From: Candidatus Latescibacterota bacterium
Lineage (GTDB): Bacteria; Latescibacterota; CBDEFO01
DNA: 64,000 bases
Reading direction: 5' to 3'
NCBI GenBank assembly: GCA_965237525.1
Contig: CBDEFO010000008.1
Coordinates: 1,152,001 to 1,216,000 of the forward strand
Part shown: piece by piece, positions 1-9,811 of the stretch
How positions within the stretch are numbered: position 1 is the first letter of the stretch
Layout of the letters: each line of letters opens with the position of its first letter
Program-made: the position numbers and the translations under genes
Notes under the pieces: model-generated
The model's database searches: none
What the model was told of the DNA's origin: nothing
Seen by the model: only the letters and a program-made list of their open reading frames with translations

Positions 1-193
1 TTAGTAATTTGGCATCTGTATACATACTTTTCCATAACTGATGGGCGTGCATGATGCTGTCAAAGTCTATATCGGTTATACCTACGACCTAGGTGTTGGC
101 TCCGGTGGCCTCCCACTCAAAAAGCTTTCTTACCTTATCTGCTTCCTTAAGTGTCAAATAAAAAAGATAATTGACAATAGAACTCATTACTAA

Positions 194-420
194 CCCGATT
201 AATTCATAAACTTGGTGGAGTCATTGCGAAGAGCAAAGCGACAAAGCAATCTCAAGGTTATAGTGGTCTCCTATGAGAGCCGGAGAGTATTACATCTACC
301 ACAGAATCGAGATTGCTTCGCCTTCGGCTCGCAATGAGACCGAAGGTGGTTAAACGGCATAACTATAATATAGTACAATCCCTTAATTAAAACACGGCCT
401 TTTTTTGTGAATTATTCGGG
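194..420. mobile_element. MITE copy 1 (227 bp, non-autonomous)
   Basis: Imperfect 17-bp TIRs CCCGATTAATTCATAAA / TTTGTGAATTATTCGGG; CTAA on both flanks; near-identical to 12239-12487 and 25359-25608; internal GTCATTGCGA..GCAATCTC / GAGATTGC..TCGCAATGA palindrome. Confidence 0.85.
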
Positions 421-591
421 CTAAAAGATCAAGCGTCGTATAAAATAACGATAATAAGGCTCCATGTCAAAGGAATTTTTGAGGTTGTTTTGAAATAATC
501 AAGAGCAGCAGCAATATTTGCCGCACAACACAAAAGAGGTGTAAGGGTTGCTTATGGACATAGGCAACTCGACACCTCTCTATTTTGGGAA

Positions 592-2322
592 CTATATCGA
601 ATCAGCGGTGATAGATTCCTTTATCGCCTCGGATGTTGAAAGTTCAAGGGCCTTTTGAGCTACCTTTTCACACTCTTTTATGCTGACTGATCGCACCACT
701 TCTTTGACGGGACATATAGAAGCTGAGTTCATACTAAAAGACCTGTACCCCATCCCCAAGAGGAGCTTTGTGTAAGAGGGATCACCGGCTATCTCTCCAC
801 AGATGTTTATGGTCCTTCTAGAGGAGGAAGCGGTTTTTAGGATACCTTCCAGAACTCTTAAGACAGCAGGATTTAAGGGTTCGTAGAATTGGGCTATCTG
901 CTCGTCGTTTCTGTCCACCGCCAGGATATACTGCACAAGGTCGTTTGTGCCTATGCTCAAAAAGTCCATCTCTTCCAGAAGGAGATCGGCGATCAGGGCC
1001 GCTGAGGGCACCTCTATCATAATCCCCTGCTCTAAATGGCCATCGTAGTCAAATCCTTCTTCCGCTAGCTCATCCATAGCGTTTTCTAACGCTGTCTTAG
1101 CCCTGCGCGCTTCTTCTATGCTTGAGATCATAGGATAGAGTATCTTTATCTTTCCATGCGCGCTCGCCCTTAGGATCGCCCTCATCTGGGTCTTGAGTAT
1201 ATCCGGATACTTAACAAGTAGCCTGCATCCTCTCCACCCCAACTGAGGATTCATCTGACGAGGAAGAGGAAAATAGGACGGAGATTTATCACCACCTATG
1301 TCCAATATCCTTATCGCGACTTTCTTGTCTCCAAAAGCCTCTGCAGCCATTCTATACCGTTCGTATTGAACGTCCTCGGAGGGAAAGTCTCTTCTTGACA
1401 TAAACATGAATTCTGTGCGATAAAGGCCGATGCCGTCGGGATTGTAACATAGAGATCTTTCGATTTCAAACCATCTCCCCACGTTTGCCAGAAGCTCTAT
1501 TTTCTGCCCATCCAAAGTTACAGACGGAAGATCGATTAACCCACTTAGCCGTTCTTTTGCGGATAAGGCTTCCCTCTTAATCTTTGCGTATTTCTGTGAT
1601 GTCTCTTTTTCTGGGTTGACGACTAAAGTCCCTGAATCTCCGTCTATAAGTATTATGTCCTGAGGCTTGAGATTCTGAATGATATTCGCTTCGATTCCCG
1701 TCACAGCGGGGACGCCTAAAGAACGCGCTAATATCGCAGCGTGTGAGGTCACTCCCCCTGTTTGGCCTATAAAGCCCGATATCTTATCTAATTCCAGATG
1801 GACAGTAAGGCCGGGGGACAGGCCTTTTGCGGCTACTACGACCTTGTGCTCTACACTCCATGTAGCTTCGTCTTCCCCAGGGAGGAGTTTACTCAATATG
1901 CGGCGTCCGATCTCACTTATATCCGCCGATTTTTCCCTTATGTACTCGTCTTCCATTGAGGAGAAGTTAGAACTGAACTTTTCGATGATATCTGACAGGA
2001 CCGCCTCTGTGTTCATCCTATCTTTTAGAATCTTGCCCTCCACTTCGGCTAAAAAGACCTTGTCCTCAAGGATCATCAGGTGAGCCTCGAATATCTTTGC
2101 CTCCTCTTTGCCAACCTGGCAGGCTACCTTGTCTATCAGACCTCTCACATCGCCTTTAGCCCGGTTCACCGCCTCCTGGAACCTGTTTATCTCCCTTTCT
2201 GCATCCGATATACTTATCGCGTATCTCGGCACATCCTTGCGGCCGTTCTCCTCAAAGACAACCACTGTCCCCTGAACGATTCCGGGCGAGATAGGATTGC
2301 CCTTGTATACCCTTTCTTTCAT
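592..2322 (-). CDS. ptsI: Phosphoenolpyruvate-protein phosphotransferase (PTS enzyme I)
   Basis: TSHAAILARS phospho-His motif; GIGLYRTEF, DIGGDK, SIGTNDLVQY and CGE motifs. Confidence 0.95.
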   Translation of the reverse strand: MKERVYKGNPISPGIVQGTVVVFEENGRKDVPRYAISISDAEREINRFQEAVNRAKGDVRGLIDKVACQVGKEEAKIFEAHLMILEDKVFLAEVEGKILKDRMNTEAVLSDIIEKFSSNFSSMEDEYIREKSADISEIGRRILSKLLPGEDEATWSVEHKVVVAAKGLSPGLTVHLELDKISGFIGQTGGVTSHAAILARSLGVPAVTGIEANIIQNLKPQDIILIDGDSGTLVVNPEKETSQKYAKIKREALSAKERLSGLIDLPSVTLDGQKIELLANVGRWFEIERSLCYNPDGIGLYRTEFMFMSRRDFPSEDVQYERYRMAAEAFGDKKVAIRILDIGGDKSPSYFPLPRQMNPQLGWRGCRLLVKYPDILKTQMRAILRASAHGKIKILYPMISSIEEARRAKTALENAMDELAEEGFDYDGHLEQGIMIEVPSAALIADLLLEEMDFLSIGTNDLVQYILAVDRNDEQIAQFYEPLNPAVLRVLEGILKTASSSRRTINICGEIAGDPSYTKLLLGMGYRSFSMNSASICPVKEVVRSVSIKECEKVAQKALELSTSEAIKESITADSI

Positions 2323-2329
2323 CTTCTCT

Positions 2330-3100
2330 TTAGTTATCCATATTTTGTTTGTTAGAGAGCGTAAGTATCTCTGGCCCTTGGCCCGTTACAGCGACGGTAT
2401 GTTCAAAGTGAGCTGAAGGTTTCCTGTCCAGTGTGAAGGCAGTCCAGCCGTCCTTCTGATCTATAGCCACTTCATCAGTGCCCAGGTTCACCATCGGCTC
2501 AATAGCCAAGACCATCCCTTCTTTTAACCTCAAGCCCCTTCCTGGTTCTCCGAAGTTGGGTACCTGCGGATCCTCGTGAAGGTTTTGTCCTATTCCGTGG
2601 CCCACGAAGTTCCGGACTACAGAAAAGCCTCCCTTTTCCACATGAGTTTGAACAGCGTGGGAAATATCCGAGACCCTTTTACCCTCAATCGTCTTTTCTA
2701 TGCCCTTGTAAAGAGCCTCCCTGGTCACCTCCAAGAGCTTCGACACGTGAGGTTCAACCGCTCCTACAGGAAAAGTGCACGCCCCATCGGAATAGTAGCC
2801 CGAGAGCCTTACTCCTACATCTATACTAACAATGTCGCCGGAGCAGAGTTCCCGATTCCCGGGGATGCCGTGAATTACCTCTTCGTTGATAGATGTACAT
2901 ATAGAAGCGGGAAAGCCACGATAGCCTTTAAATGCGGGTTCGGCTACGTTCGACCTTATAATTTCCTCAGCGATTCTGTCCAGTTCCTCTGTAGTTATCT
3001 CTGGCTTTATGGCCTTCTGCAGCTCTTTCTGGACTAAAGCTACTATCCTCCCACCTGCCCTTATGAGATCTATCTCTCTCCTTGATTTTAAGATTACCAA
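2330..3100 (-). CDS. map: Methionine aminopeptidase type I
   Basis: CTSINEEVIHGIP, DIVSIDVG, GHGIG, AIEPM and SAHFEHT motifs. Confidence 0.96.
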   Translation of the reverse strand: MVILKSRREIDLIRAGGRIVALVQKELQKAIKPEITTEELDRIAEEIIRSNVAEPAFKGYRGFPASICTSINEEVIHGIPGNRELCSGDIVSIDVGVRLSGYYSDGACTFPVGAVEPHVSKLLEVTREALYKGIEKTIEGKRVSDISHAVQTHVEKGGFSVVRNFVGHGIGQNLHEDPQVPNFGEPGRGLRLKEGMVLAIEPMVNLGTDEVAIDQKDGWTAFTLDRKPSAHFEHTVAVTGQGPEILTLSNKQNMDN

Positions 3101-3173
3101 CTGTGTCTCCTCAAAAGGAATAGACAGGACACCGCCTGCTCAGTCCTGCCAGGCAGACACAAGTGGATACATG

Positions 3174-3270
3174 TAGGGGCGATCGCCATAGGCGCCCTGT
3201 TGGGAGGAAGACGCGGAGGCAGCAAATCACAAGTTATCCTTACCCCAAGGGTTGGGTCACCCAGCCCCTA
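3174..3270. repeat. Inverted pair of GTAG-type REP-like hairpins
   Basis: GTAGGGGCG..CGCCCT at 3174, and on the other strand TAGGGGCTGGGTGACCCAACCC at about 3249-3270. Confidence 0.55.
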
Positions 3271-3320
3271 GATTCAAGGGGGTGGGAAAGGTAGCCCTGT
3301 TTGCTGTCTACTGTTTAGGG

Positions 3321-3731
3321 TCAACCGTTGTAGGAATGCTCCGCCAGAGATCTTGCTGTGGTTGCCATAGACTCCTCTCTGCGCGCTGTTGGGAACTGGC
3401 GGCTGTCAACAGATGTCCTGCTCCCCTGTATCTTATATCTTCCCACAAAGCTTTCTTCGGGGAGATCTGCATCTTCAGGATAGACCATAGCGATAGTTTC
3501 CCAGGGACACTCCCTTGCACATATAGTACATCCTGTGCATCTTTCTTCATCGACCACGCATATACTATGTACTATGGAAAACTCTTCGCCTGGGAGCTTC
3601 AAAATACAATCTACAGGACAAAAATCCATGCATACTTCACAGCCCGTGCAACCATCAACGTCCACTATGGCTTTAGGTCTTGGCTTTTTAGGCCTTCTCT
3701 GTCTTAGGGGTTTTTCCTCTGCTTCAGCCAC
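3321..3731 (-). CDS. 2x[4Fe-4S] ferredoxin (oxidoreductase delta-like)
   Basis: Two CxxCxxCxxxCP motifs; directly downstream of korAB. Confidence 0.88.
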   Translation of the reverse strand: MAEAEEKPLRQRRPKKPRPKAIVDVDGCTGCEVCMDFCPVDCILKLPGEEFSIVHSICVVDEERCTGCTICARECPWETIAMVYPEDADLPEESFVGRYKIQGSRTSVDSRQFPTARREESMATTARSLAEHSYNG

Positions 3732-3762
3732 TAATTATCTTCCCGGTTTTCAAGTTCATATT

Positions 3763-4692
3763 CTACCTATATCTCTTGAATATGTCCACAAGTTGAGTCT
3801 TGTGGTCAGCGTCAGCTTTGTCTTCTATGGATTTGGCTCTGTCGGTAAAGGTGGGTTGTTGATTTTTATAGAACACACCGGTGTATATCGTCTCATCATC
3901 CATGGCAAGTTCCATGGCCTTCAGTCTGTCCGTGTTGTCGTAATTCTCGGGGATTTGTTCTATTTTGGGTTCCACAGACTTGAACGTCATGATCTTGTTG
4001 AAGGTTGGACATGGCGACAGCGTATGGATAATTGCAAATCCTTTATGCTTTGCTCCTTCTACTATGAGTTGCTTCAACTGTTTGGGATCGCCGGCAAATC
4101 CCCTTGCTACGAAGCTGACACCGTAGGATAAGAACATTGCTATAGGATTTAGCGGTGGTTCCACCGAACCATATGGTGTGGTGGGCGTAACCTGCGAAAG
4201 GATGCTTGTAGGAGATACCTGTCCTTTGGTCAAACCGTATGTCTCGTTGTCCAGAATGATATAGGCTAAATCGGGATTTCGCCTGGCTATATGGGGGATA
4301 TGCCCTCCGCCTATGCCCAATCCATCGCCGTCTCCGCCGATCACAAAGACCTCCAATTGGGGGTTGGCAGCCTTCATTCCGAACGCTACGGGGAGTGCCC
4401 GTCCGTGGACACCATGAAAAGCGTAGCACTTCACAAAGTGATTAAACCTACCTGCGCATCCTATTCCGCTGGAAATGACCAGATTCTTGGAGTCCACCTC
4501 TAGTTCCACCAAGGCCTGATAGAAACTGCTCAACACCCCGAAATCCCCGCATCCGGGGCACCAGATCGGTTTAACGTCGCTCTTAAACTTCTTGGCCCTC
4601 CTCTTTGCATCGGTTTTCGGATTGGTGTCGGCAGTGGACGTCTTCTTATCACTTACAGCCGGTCTACTTTCTACAGCAGCAGGTATGGGCAT
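3763..4692 (-). CDS. korB: 2-oxoacid:ferredoxin oxidoreductase beta subunit
   Basis: WCPGCGDFG, SGIGC, HGR, GDGD TPP-binding motif, YGLTKGQ.SPT. Confidence 0.93.
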   Translation of the reverse strand: MPIPAAVESRPAVSDKKTSTADTNPKTDAKRRAKKFKSDVKPIWCPGCGDFGVLSSFYQALVELEVDSKNLVISSGIGCAGRFNHFVKCYAFHGVHGRALPVAFGMKAANPQLEVFVIGGDGDGLGIGGGHIPHIARRNPDLAYIILDNETYGLTKGQVSPTSILSQVTPTTPYGSVEPPLNPIAMFLSYGVSFVARGFAGDPKQLKQLIVEGAKHKGFAIIHTLSPCPTFNKIMTFKSVEPKIEQIPENYDNTDRLKAMELAMDDETIYTGVFYKNQQPTFTDRAKSIEDKADADHKTQLVDIFKRYR

Positions 4693-6429
4693 TTAGGCTA
4701 CCTCCATAATCTTCTCATATACCTCTTCCGGGGAGAAAGGTATTCCCTGAGATTTATGCATTTCTATGGGTTTGATGCCGAACTGTCCTTTCACGATATG
4801 TGCGAACTGTCCGGTGAAGTTCTCCTCTGGGATGATTATCTTATCTACGGAACTTACGAACCGGGACATTCTTGACTCACAAAGAGGTGCAAGTACCCTT
4901 GGATGATAGTGGGCGACCTTGACACCCTCTTTCCCCGCCTCGTATATGGCCTCCTTGATCGCGCCTTCCGTCGAACCCCAGCCGATTATCCCGATCTTTG
5001 CCCCCTCGGGAAACGAGATCTCACCTTGGGAATTATGGCTTAAGTCTGCTTCCACAGCCTCTAACTTCTTGAAGCGCTTGGCCATCATCTGTTCATGGTT
5101 TAAGGGCGTGTAATTCGGAGCCCCCTCCTCGTCGTGCTCCAGCCCTGTGGCTATGTGGTATCCGTCCACATCCCCGGGAATCGCGATAGGCGATACTCCG
5201 CTTTGGGTCATCAGATACCTGAAGTATCCATTTTCCGTGTCTTTCGTGTCGAATCTAATCCGATTTACGATCTTTAAAGATGAGGGATCGGGTTCTCTTA
5301 TATTCTGTGTGCTGTACGCCATGGACTGATCAGAAAGGACTATCACGGGCATCTGATAGGTCTCAGCTAAGTTGAACGCCCTCACAGTCTGATAGAAGCA
5401 GTCCTCTAAAGAGGTTGGGGCTATGACTATCCTGGGAGATTCTCCGGATGTGCCGTACATTGCGAACCTTAAATCCGACTGCTCATTTTTGGTCGGCATC
5501 CCGGTGCTGGGACCTGCTCTCTGAACGTCTACAACTACCACGGGGAGCTCGACCATCGAAGCCAAATTGATCAGCTCGCTCATAAGCGAAAGCCCAGGGC
5601 CCGATGTCGGTGTCATGGCTTTAGCTCCTGCAAAAGACGCCCCAATACAGGACGCAAGAGCAGATATTTCATCCTCTGCCTGAACAGCGGTTCCGCCGAA
5701 TTTCGGAAGTTCCAGGGTAAGAAACTGCAAGACCGGCGTAGCCGGCGTTATGGGGTATCCAGCGCAGTATCTGCATCCTGCGGCTATAGCTCCTAAGGCT
5801 ATGGCCTCACCGCCTGATATGATTATCTCGTTGTAATTTGGCTTTTCTCTGCCGTGGAAGGAGTACTTGATGGGAATATTCTGCTTGGCATAGTCTATTC
5901 CCATCTGAAAGGCTCCAAGATAAGTCTCAAGTGTAGTGGCTCCGTACTTTTTGAATTTATTCTCTACGCCAGTCTTGACTATTTCCTTTGGAAGGGAGTA
6001 TATCTCTGCCAGCGCCCCTATTGCAACGATGTTCTTGCTTCTGGGATTTTTTATCTCTTTTTTTGCGATTTGATCGATCGGAAGCTGAATGCACTTATGC
6101 CGGCATCCTTCAGGCGGGGTGCACTGAGCAGGATCGTACAAAAGAACACCTGTGTCTCTCAGATCCTTATAGTACGTGTCGTAGGCTTCCTGGTCGAACG
6201 CCAGGAGTACATCCACAGCATTTCCTTTTGAGAGGATATCCCTCGATCCGAGCCTGAGCTGGAACATGGCCAAGCCTCCCTTTATCTCGGCTGGATAAGT
6301 CCTAAACGTAAAAACGTTTAAAGCGGCCCTGGCGGCCGCCTGAGTTATAACCTCTCCAGTTGCACCCCCACCTTCTCCTCCCTCACCTCCTATTCTAAGT
6401 ATGGAGTCCTCTATTTCTATCGTTTGCAT
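4693..6429 (-). CDS. korA: 2-oxoacid:ferredoxin oxidoreductase alpha subunit (gamma-alpha fusion)
   Basis: YPAEIKGG, AGYPITPAT, QAEDEI, TSGPGLSLM and QRAGPSTGMPT motifs. Confidence 0.93.
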   Translation of the reverse strand: MQTIEIEDSILRIGGEGGEGGGATGEVITQAAARAALNVFTFRTYPAEIKGGLAMFQLRLGSRDILSKGNAVDVLLAFDQEAYDTYYKDLRDTGVLLYDPAQCTPPEGCRHKCIQLPIDQIAKKEIKNPRSKNIVAIGALAEIYSLPKEIVKTGVENKFKKYGATTLETYLGAFQMGIDYAKQNIPIKYSFHGREKPNYNEIIISGGEAIALGAIAAGCRYCAGYPITPATPVLQFLTLELPKFGGTAVQAEDEISALASCIGASFAGAKAMTPTSGPGLSLMSELINLASMVELPVVVVDVQRAGPSTGMPTKNEQSDLRFAMYGTSGESPRIVIAPTSLEDCFYQTVRAFNLAETYQMPVIVLSDQSMAYSTQNIREPDPSSLKIVNRIRFDTKDTENGYFRYLMTQSGVSPIAIPGDVDGYHIATGLEHDEEGAPNYTPLNHEQMMAKRFKKLEAVEADLSHNSQGEISFPEGAKIGIIGWGSTEGAIKEAIYEAGKEGVKVAHYHPRVLAPLCESRMSRFVSSVDKIIIPEENFTGQFAHIVKGQFGIKPIEMHKSQGIPFSPEEVYEKIMEVA

Positions 6430-6537
6430 TTGGTAGACACCTTATTTTTTGAGCAGACAGCATCCCCCAATTGAGTCTATCGCGGATCGGGGATAGACGG
6501 GGCCACGTATCCCAACTCTCTTTGCTGTCTACCATTT

Positions 6538-7656
6538 TTAATTTCCCCTTATTTTCTGCATAAGTCTTCCGCCCCATCCGCCGCTACTGCCCTCTGGAGG
6601 TTCACCCATTCCAATAACGCTTATTCTTGCCGCAAGAGCTCCAGCTATCTTTCTGAAAGCCTCAGTCTGGGGCGAGGCAGGATGCAGCTTCACTACCGGC
6701 GTTCCGATGTCTGATCCTATCCTTATTTCAGGGTCCAATGGGACCTCCCCCAAGAACGGTACATCGAACTTTTCACCAGCTACTTTCCCTCCGCCGTGGT
6801 CGAATATTTCGGTCCTTTCGCCGCAGTGGGGACAGGCAAAGTAGCTCATGTTTTCGATAATGCCCAAAATAGGGATGTTGACCTTCTGGAACATTAAGAT
6901 TCCTCTCCTGACATCCTCTAAGGCCACATCCTGGGGGGTTGTGACGATCACCGCTCCTGTTAAGGGGGCCGATTGAGAGATCGTAAGTTGAATATCGCCG
7001 GTACCAGGAGGCAGGTCCATAATCAGATAGTCCAGATCTCCCCAGTCCACCCTGCTCATAAACTCCTGGGTCACCCTGCTTACGATGGGTCCGCGCCATA
7101 TCATAGGGGTATTCTGGTCTGCCAAAAAACCCATGGATATCAGCTTCACTCGGTGGTTGACACGCGGCTTCATTTTGTTATCCATTGTGGTCTCCGGGCT
7201 CCCGCTTGCCCCCATCATAATCGGGACATTGGGACCGTAGATGTCTGCGTCCATGATGCCGACAGCCGCGCCTGCCTCGGCTAGGGCTACCGCTAAATTG
7301 ACGCTTATAGTCGTCTTTCCCACCCCTCCTTTTCCACTGGCTACAGCGATCACGTTTTTGACCCCGGGCATAATACTGCTCCTGTTGGGATCAACAACGC
7401 TGCGAGGCACGTTTAAGCTGAAAACTATCTCAACGTCTTTGACTCCCTTTATCTTTACAACGGTTTGCCTGGCAAAGTCCTCTATCTCCTTCTTGAAAGG
7501 ACTATCTGGAGTGGTGAGTACGACCTCAAAGCTGACTTTCTGACCGTCTATAGCTATGTGCTTCACCATCCCCAAGCTCACAATATCCTTGCGGAGCTGC
7601 GGCTCTATGACATCCCCAAGCGCATCAAGGATCTGCTCTTCAGTCACCACCGCCAT
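6538..7656 (-). CDS. mrp: Mrp/ApbC/NBP35 Fe-S cluster carrier ATPase with N-terminal DUF59 domain
   Basis: ASGKGGVGKTT, DADIYGPN, DLPPGTGD and ENMSYFxCPHC motifs; ATG at 7656 follows AAGGAG. Confidence 0.92.
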   Translation of the reverse strand: MAVVTEEQILDALGDVIEPQLRKDIVSLGMVKHIAIDGQKVSFEVVLTTPDSPFKKEIEDFARQTVVKIKGVKDVEIVFSLNVPRSVVDPNRSSIMPGVKNVIAVASGKGGVGKTTISVNLAVALAEAGAAVGIMDADIYGPNVPIMMGASGSPETTMDNKMKPRVNHRVKLISMGFLADQNTPMIWRGPIVSRVTQEFMSRVDWGDLDYLIMDLPPGTGDIQLTISQSAPLTGAVIVTTPQDVALEDVRRGILMFQKVNIPILGIIENMSYFACPHCGERTEIFDHGGGKVAGEKFDVPFLGEVPLDPEIRIGSDIGTPVVKLHPASPQTEAFRKIAGALAARISVIGMGEPPEGSSGGWGGRLMQKIRGN

Positions 7657-8515
7657 CTGACCTTGCTCCTTCAAAAGAATAATCCTCCAGCACATCATGA
7701 CATTTGTGCTTCAGCTTCTCGATAGCTCTGTTTCTGATCTGACGCGCCCTCTCCCTGGTTATACCAAAAGCCGATCCAATCTGCTCCAACGTCATCGGCT
7801 CATCGTAGCCAAGCCCATAGTAAAGACGAACTATCTTAGCCTCCCTCTCATCAAGCTTGGATAGACAATTCTCTATTGCCTGTGAAAAATTATCCTCCTC
7901 AACTTGCCTATCTGTCACAGCATCTTCGTCTGATATTGTGTCCAACAGCGGCTTGTCCTCAAATTCGTCCAGTGCGGAGTTCAAGGATATGTCCGACTGC
8001 AGGCACACCAAAGCTCTATAGACCCTGTTGACACTTATATCTGAACTTTGTGCTATCTCTTCGGCTGATGGACTGCGAGCTAACTTCTGAGTTAAAGGCC
8101 CAACTTTCTTAACCATCCTTTCAAGATCGTCAAAGTGACTCATAGGAAGACGCACTATTTTGGTCTGTTCTGACAATGCCTTTAATATCGCCTGTCTGAT
8201 CCACCAAACCGCATATGTTACAAACTTAAAACCTCTGGTCTCATCAAATCTTCTTGCTGCTTCGATAAGCCCGATGTTGCCTTCGGCTATCAGATCAGAA
8301 AGAGAAAGTCCTCTTCCCAGGTAATCCTTTGCAACAGAGACGACAAATCTCAAGTTGGCCGTAACTAACTTATCCAGGGCTTTCCTATCCCCTGTTTTGA
8401 TCCTTTCGGCTAGTTCGACTTCCTCTTGCCTTTCAAGAGGTTTGTATGTCCTGATGTCCTTCAGATAAAGGTTTACGGATACGTCCTCGTTGAAAGAGAA
8501 TGCCTTATTCTTCAT
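7640..8515 (-). CDS. RpoD/SigA-family sigma-70 factor lacking region 1.1
   Basis: ANLRFVVSVAK, DLIAEGNIGL, FDETRGFKFVTYAVWWIRQAI; region 4 TLEQIG..TRERARQI. Confidence 0.92.
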   Translation of the reverse strand: MKNKAFSFNEDVSVNLYLKDIRTYKPLERQEEVELAERIKTGDRKALDKLVTANLRFVVSVAKDYLGRGLSLSDLIAEGNIGLIEAARRFDETRGFKFVTYAVWWIRQAILKALSEQTKIVRLPMSHFDDLERMVKKVGPLTQKLARSPSAEEIAQSSDISVNRVYRALVCLQSDISLNSALDEFEDKPLLDTISDEDAVTDRQVEEDNFSQAIENCLSKLDEREAKIVRLYYGLGYDEPMTLEQIGSAFGITRERARQIRNRAIEKLKHKCHDVLEDYSFEGARSDGGGD

Positions 8516-8522
8516 ACTATTC

Positions 8523-8843
8523 TCATCTCCAATTGTGGTCATAAGTTTTGCGAGACGTTGTCCGATTTGTCCCCAGAAAGTCCTTCGATATCCCCTTGCG
8601 TCTTGCTCCTCCGGCTACCGGAGGGAACACGCTGACGAGACATCCGTCCTGTAAAGCCGTGTCATGGTCCGAATTCTTGCCGTTGACGAGGGTAAGATGG
8701 GCGAGGTTTTCGGGAATTTTCAACTTGCTGATTAGGTCTTTCAGAACAGCAGAGTCCGAAAGCTCGACTGTAGCCTTCCTCCCATCTGCTTCAGGGGGCA
8801 GATATTTGTCCAAATATGCAAAAAGTTTGACTTCAACTATCAT
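8523..8843 (-). CDS. MoaD/ThiS ubiquitin-like protein with a 27-aa extension after the Gly-Gly
   Basis: VKLFAYL..LVNG..L.DG..VSVFPPVAGG followed by ARRKG...NWR. Confidence 0.82.
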   Translation of the reverse strand: MIVEVKLFAYLDKYLPPEADGRKATVELSDSAVLKDLISKLKIPENLAHLTLVNGKNSDHDTALQDGCLVSVFPPVAGGARRKGISKDFLGTNRTTSRKTYDHNWR

Positions 8844-9340
8844 CTTCTGAATCTCCACTGTTAGACAGGATAACTCCCGCTCAGACCGGAAACTTAAGTT
8901 ACCCTAGAACAGTAACATTTCAAACTAATGGTGCAAATGTGAATAGCAAATTTGAGATTTCAACGTGTTTCAATAATTACGCAAGAATTCACATTCCACC
9001 ACTATTATAAGACGATTTAGTAACAGAATTGTTCCGTGTCAACTAACGTTTACGTAAACGTAGACGGTAAGGACAACAAAGCTCACAATTAGCGTCAAAA
9101 AAAGAGACAACGCCAGATTCTGAGTGCACCCTTGTGTCATCCAAGCCCACCAAACTTCATGAAGCTTTCTAATTAATTATATAAAAGTTCGTCTATCTTG
9201 TCAAGGTCTATTCTGGGATGTCAACGAAACTCCGTTGTGAGATGTCGTGTAGGTCTTTTAAGCAAATGTTCTACCCTTGATCCAGGATACGGCGTTCACA
9301 GTCATCTGCCGTTGTCGGATCTTTTTGGCTCGGATCTTTT

Positions 9341-9356
9341 TGGCACAGTATTTGCT
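9341..9356 (+). promoter_or_regulatory. Sigma-54 (-24/-12) promoter
   Basis: TGGCAC-AGTAT-TTGCT matches the TGGCAC-N5-TTGCW consensus. Confidence 0.65.
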
Positions 9357-9400
9357 GCTTACGTTATATACATGCATCAGCAAGATATGGATAAAAGAGA

Positions 9401-9429
9401 TTGACGAGTACCTCGCTAAATACTATAAA
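9401..9429 (+). promoter_or_regulatory. Sigma-70-like promoter
   Basis: TTGACG-17 bp-TATAAA. Confidence 0.45.
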
Positions 9430-9612
9430 TACCTGTCTTTCTGATTATACGTTCTTCCGCGGGCACGATGTTAAAGCAGCCCCTGAGCGCTTGAAAATCG
9501 GGAATTCATTCCTCTTTTTAGGGAAAATACTTCCCCACATCCCAGCAAACAGGATCCACAGGGGATCCTAAGCCTAAACTTCCTTTCTCGTTAAGGAGTG
9601 AAGGCCACGCGC

Positions 9613-9681
9613 GATCCGCTCTTAGTAGGAACCGTGCCGGAAAAAGGTCAATACGGTGACTGAAGGGAGCGGATCTTTTTT
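9613..9681 (+). terminator. Long stem followed by a U-tract
   Basis: GATCCGCTC...GAGCGGATC then TTTTTT. Confidence 0.55.
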
Positions 9682-9811
9682 GTGCTTTCCAGATAGGGTG
9701 CTCTTTTCACGTCTTGTTTTCATTTTTCTTGACACCGGCGGTGTTTGCTGTTATGTTGGATCGGACGATTTAGAGCATATCGTGCGGCATTTCCACTGTG
9801 GGGGAATCGTC

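Noticed and set aside
1..190. Coding fragment at the window start
   Set aside because: Short, interrupted by stops and without a recognisable motif.
9046..9061. parS site
   Set aside because: Differs from TGTTTCACGTGAAACA in spacing; kept only as a generic palindrome.
9430..9681. SRP RNA, 6S RNA or a known riboswitch
   Set aside because: Diagnostic motifs were not recognisable by eye; left as an unnamed sRNA candidate.
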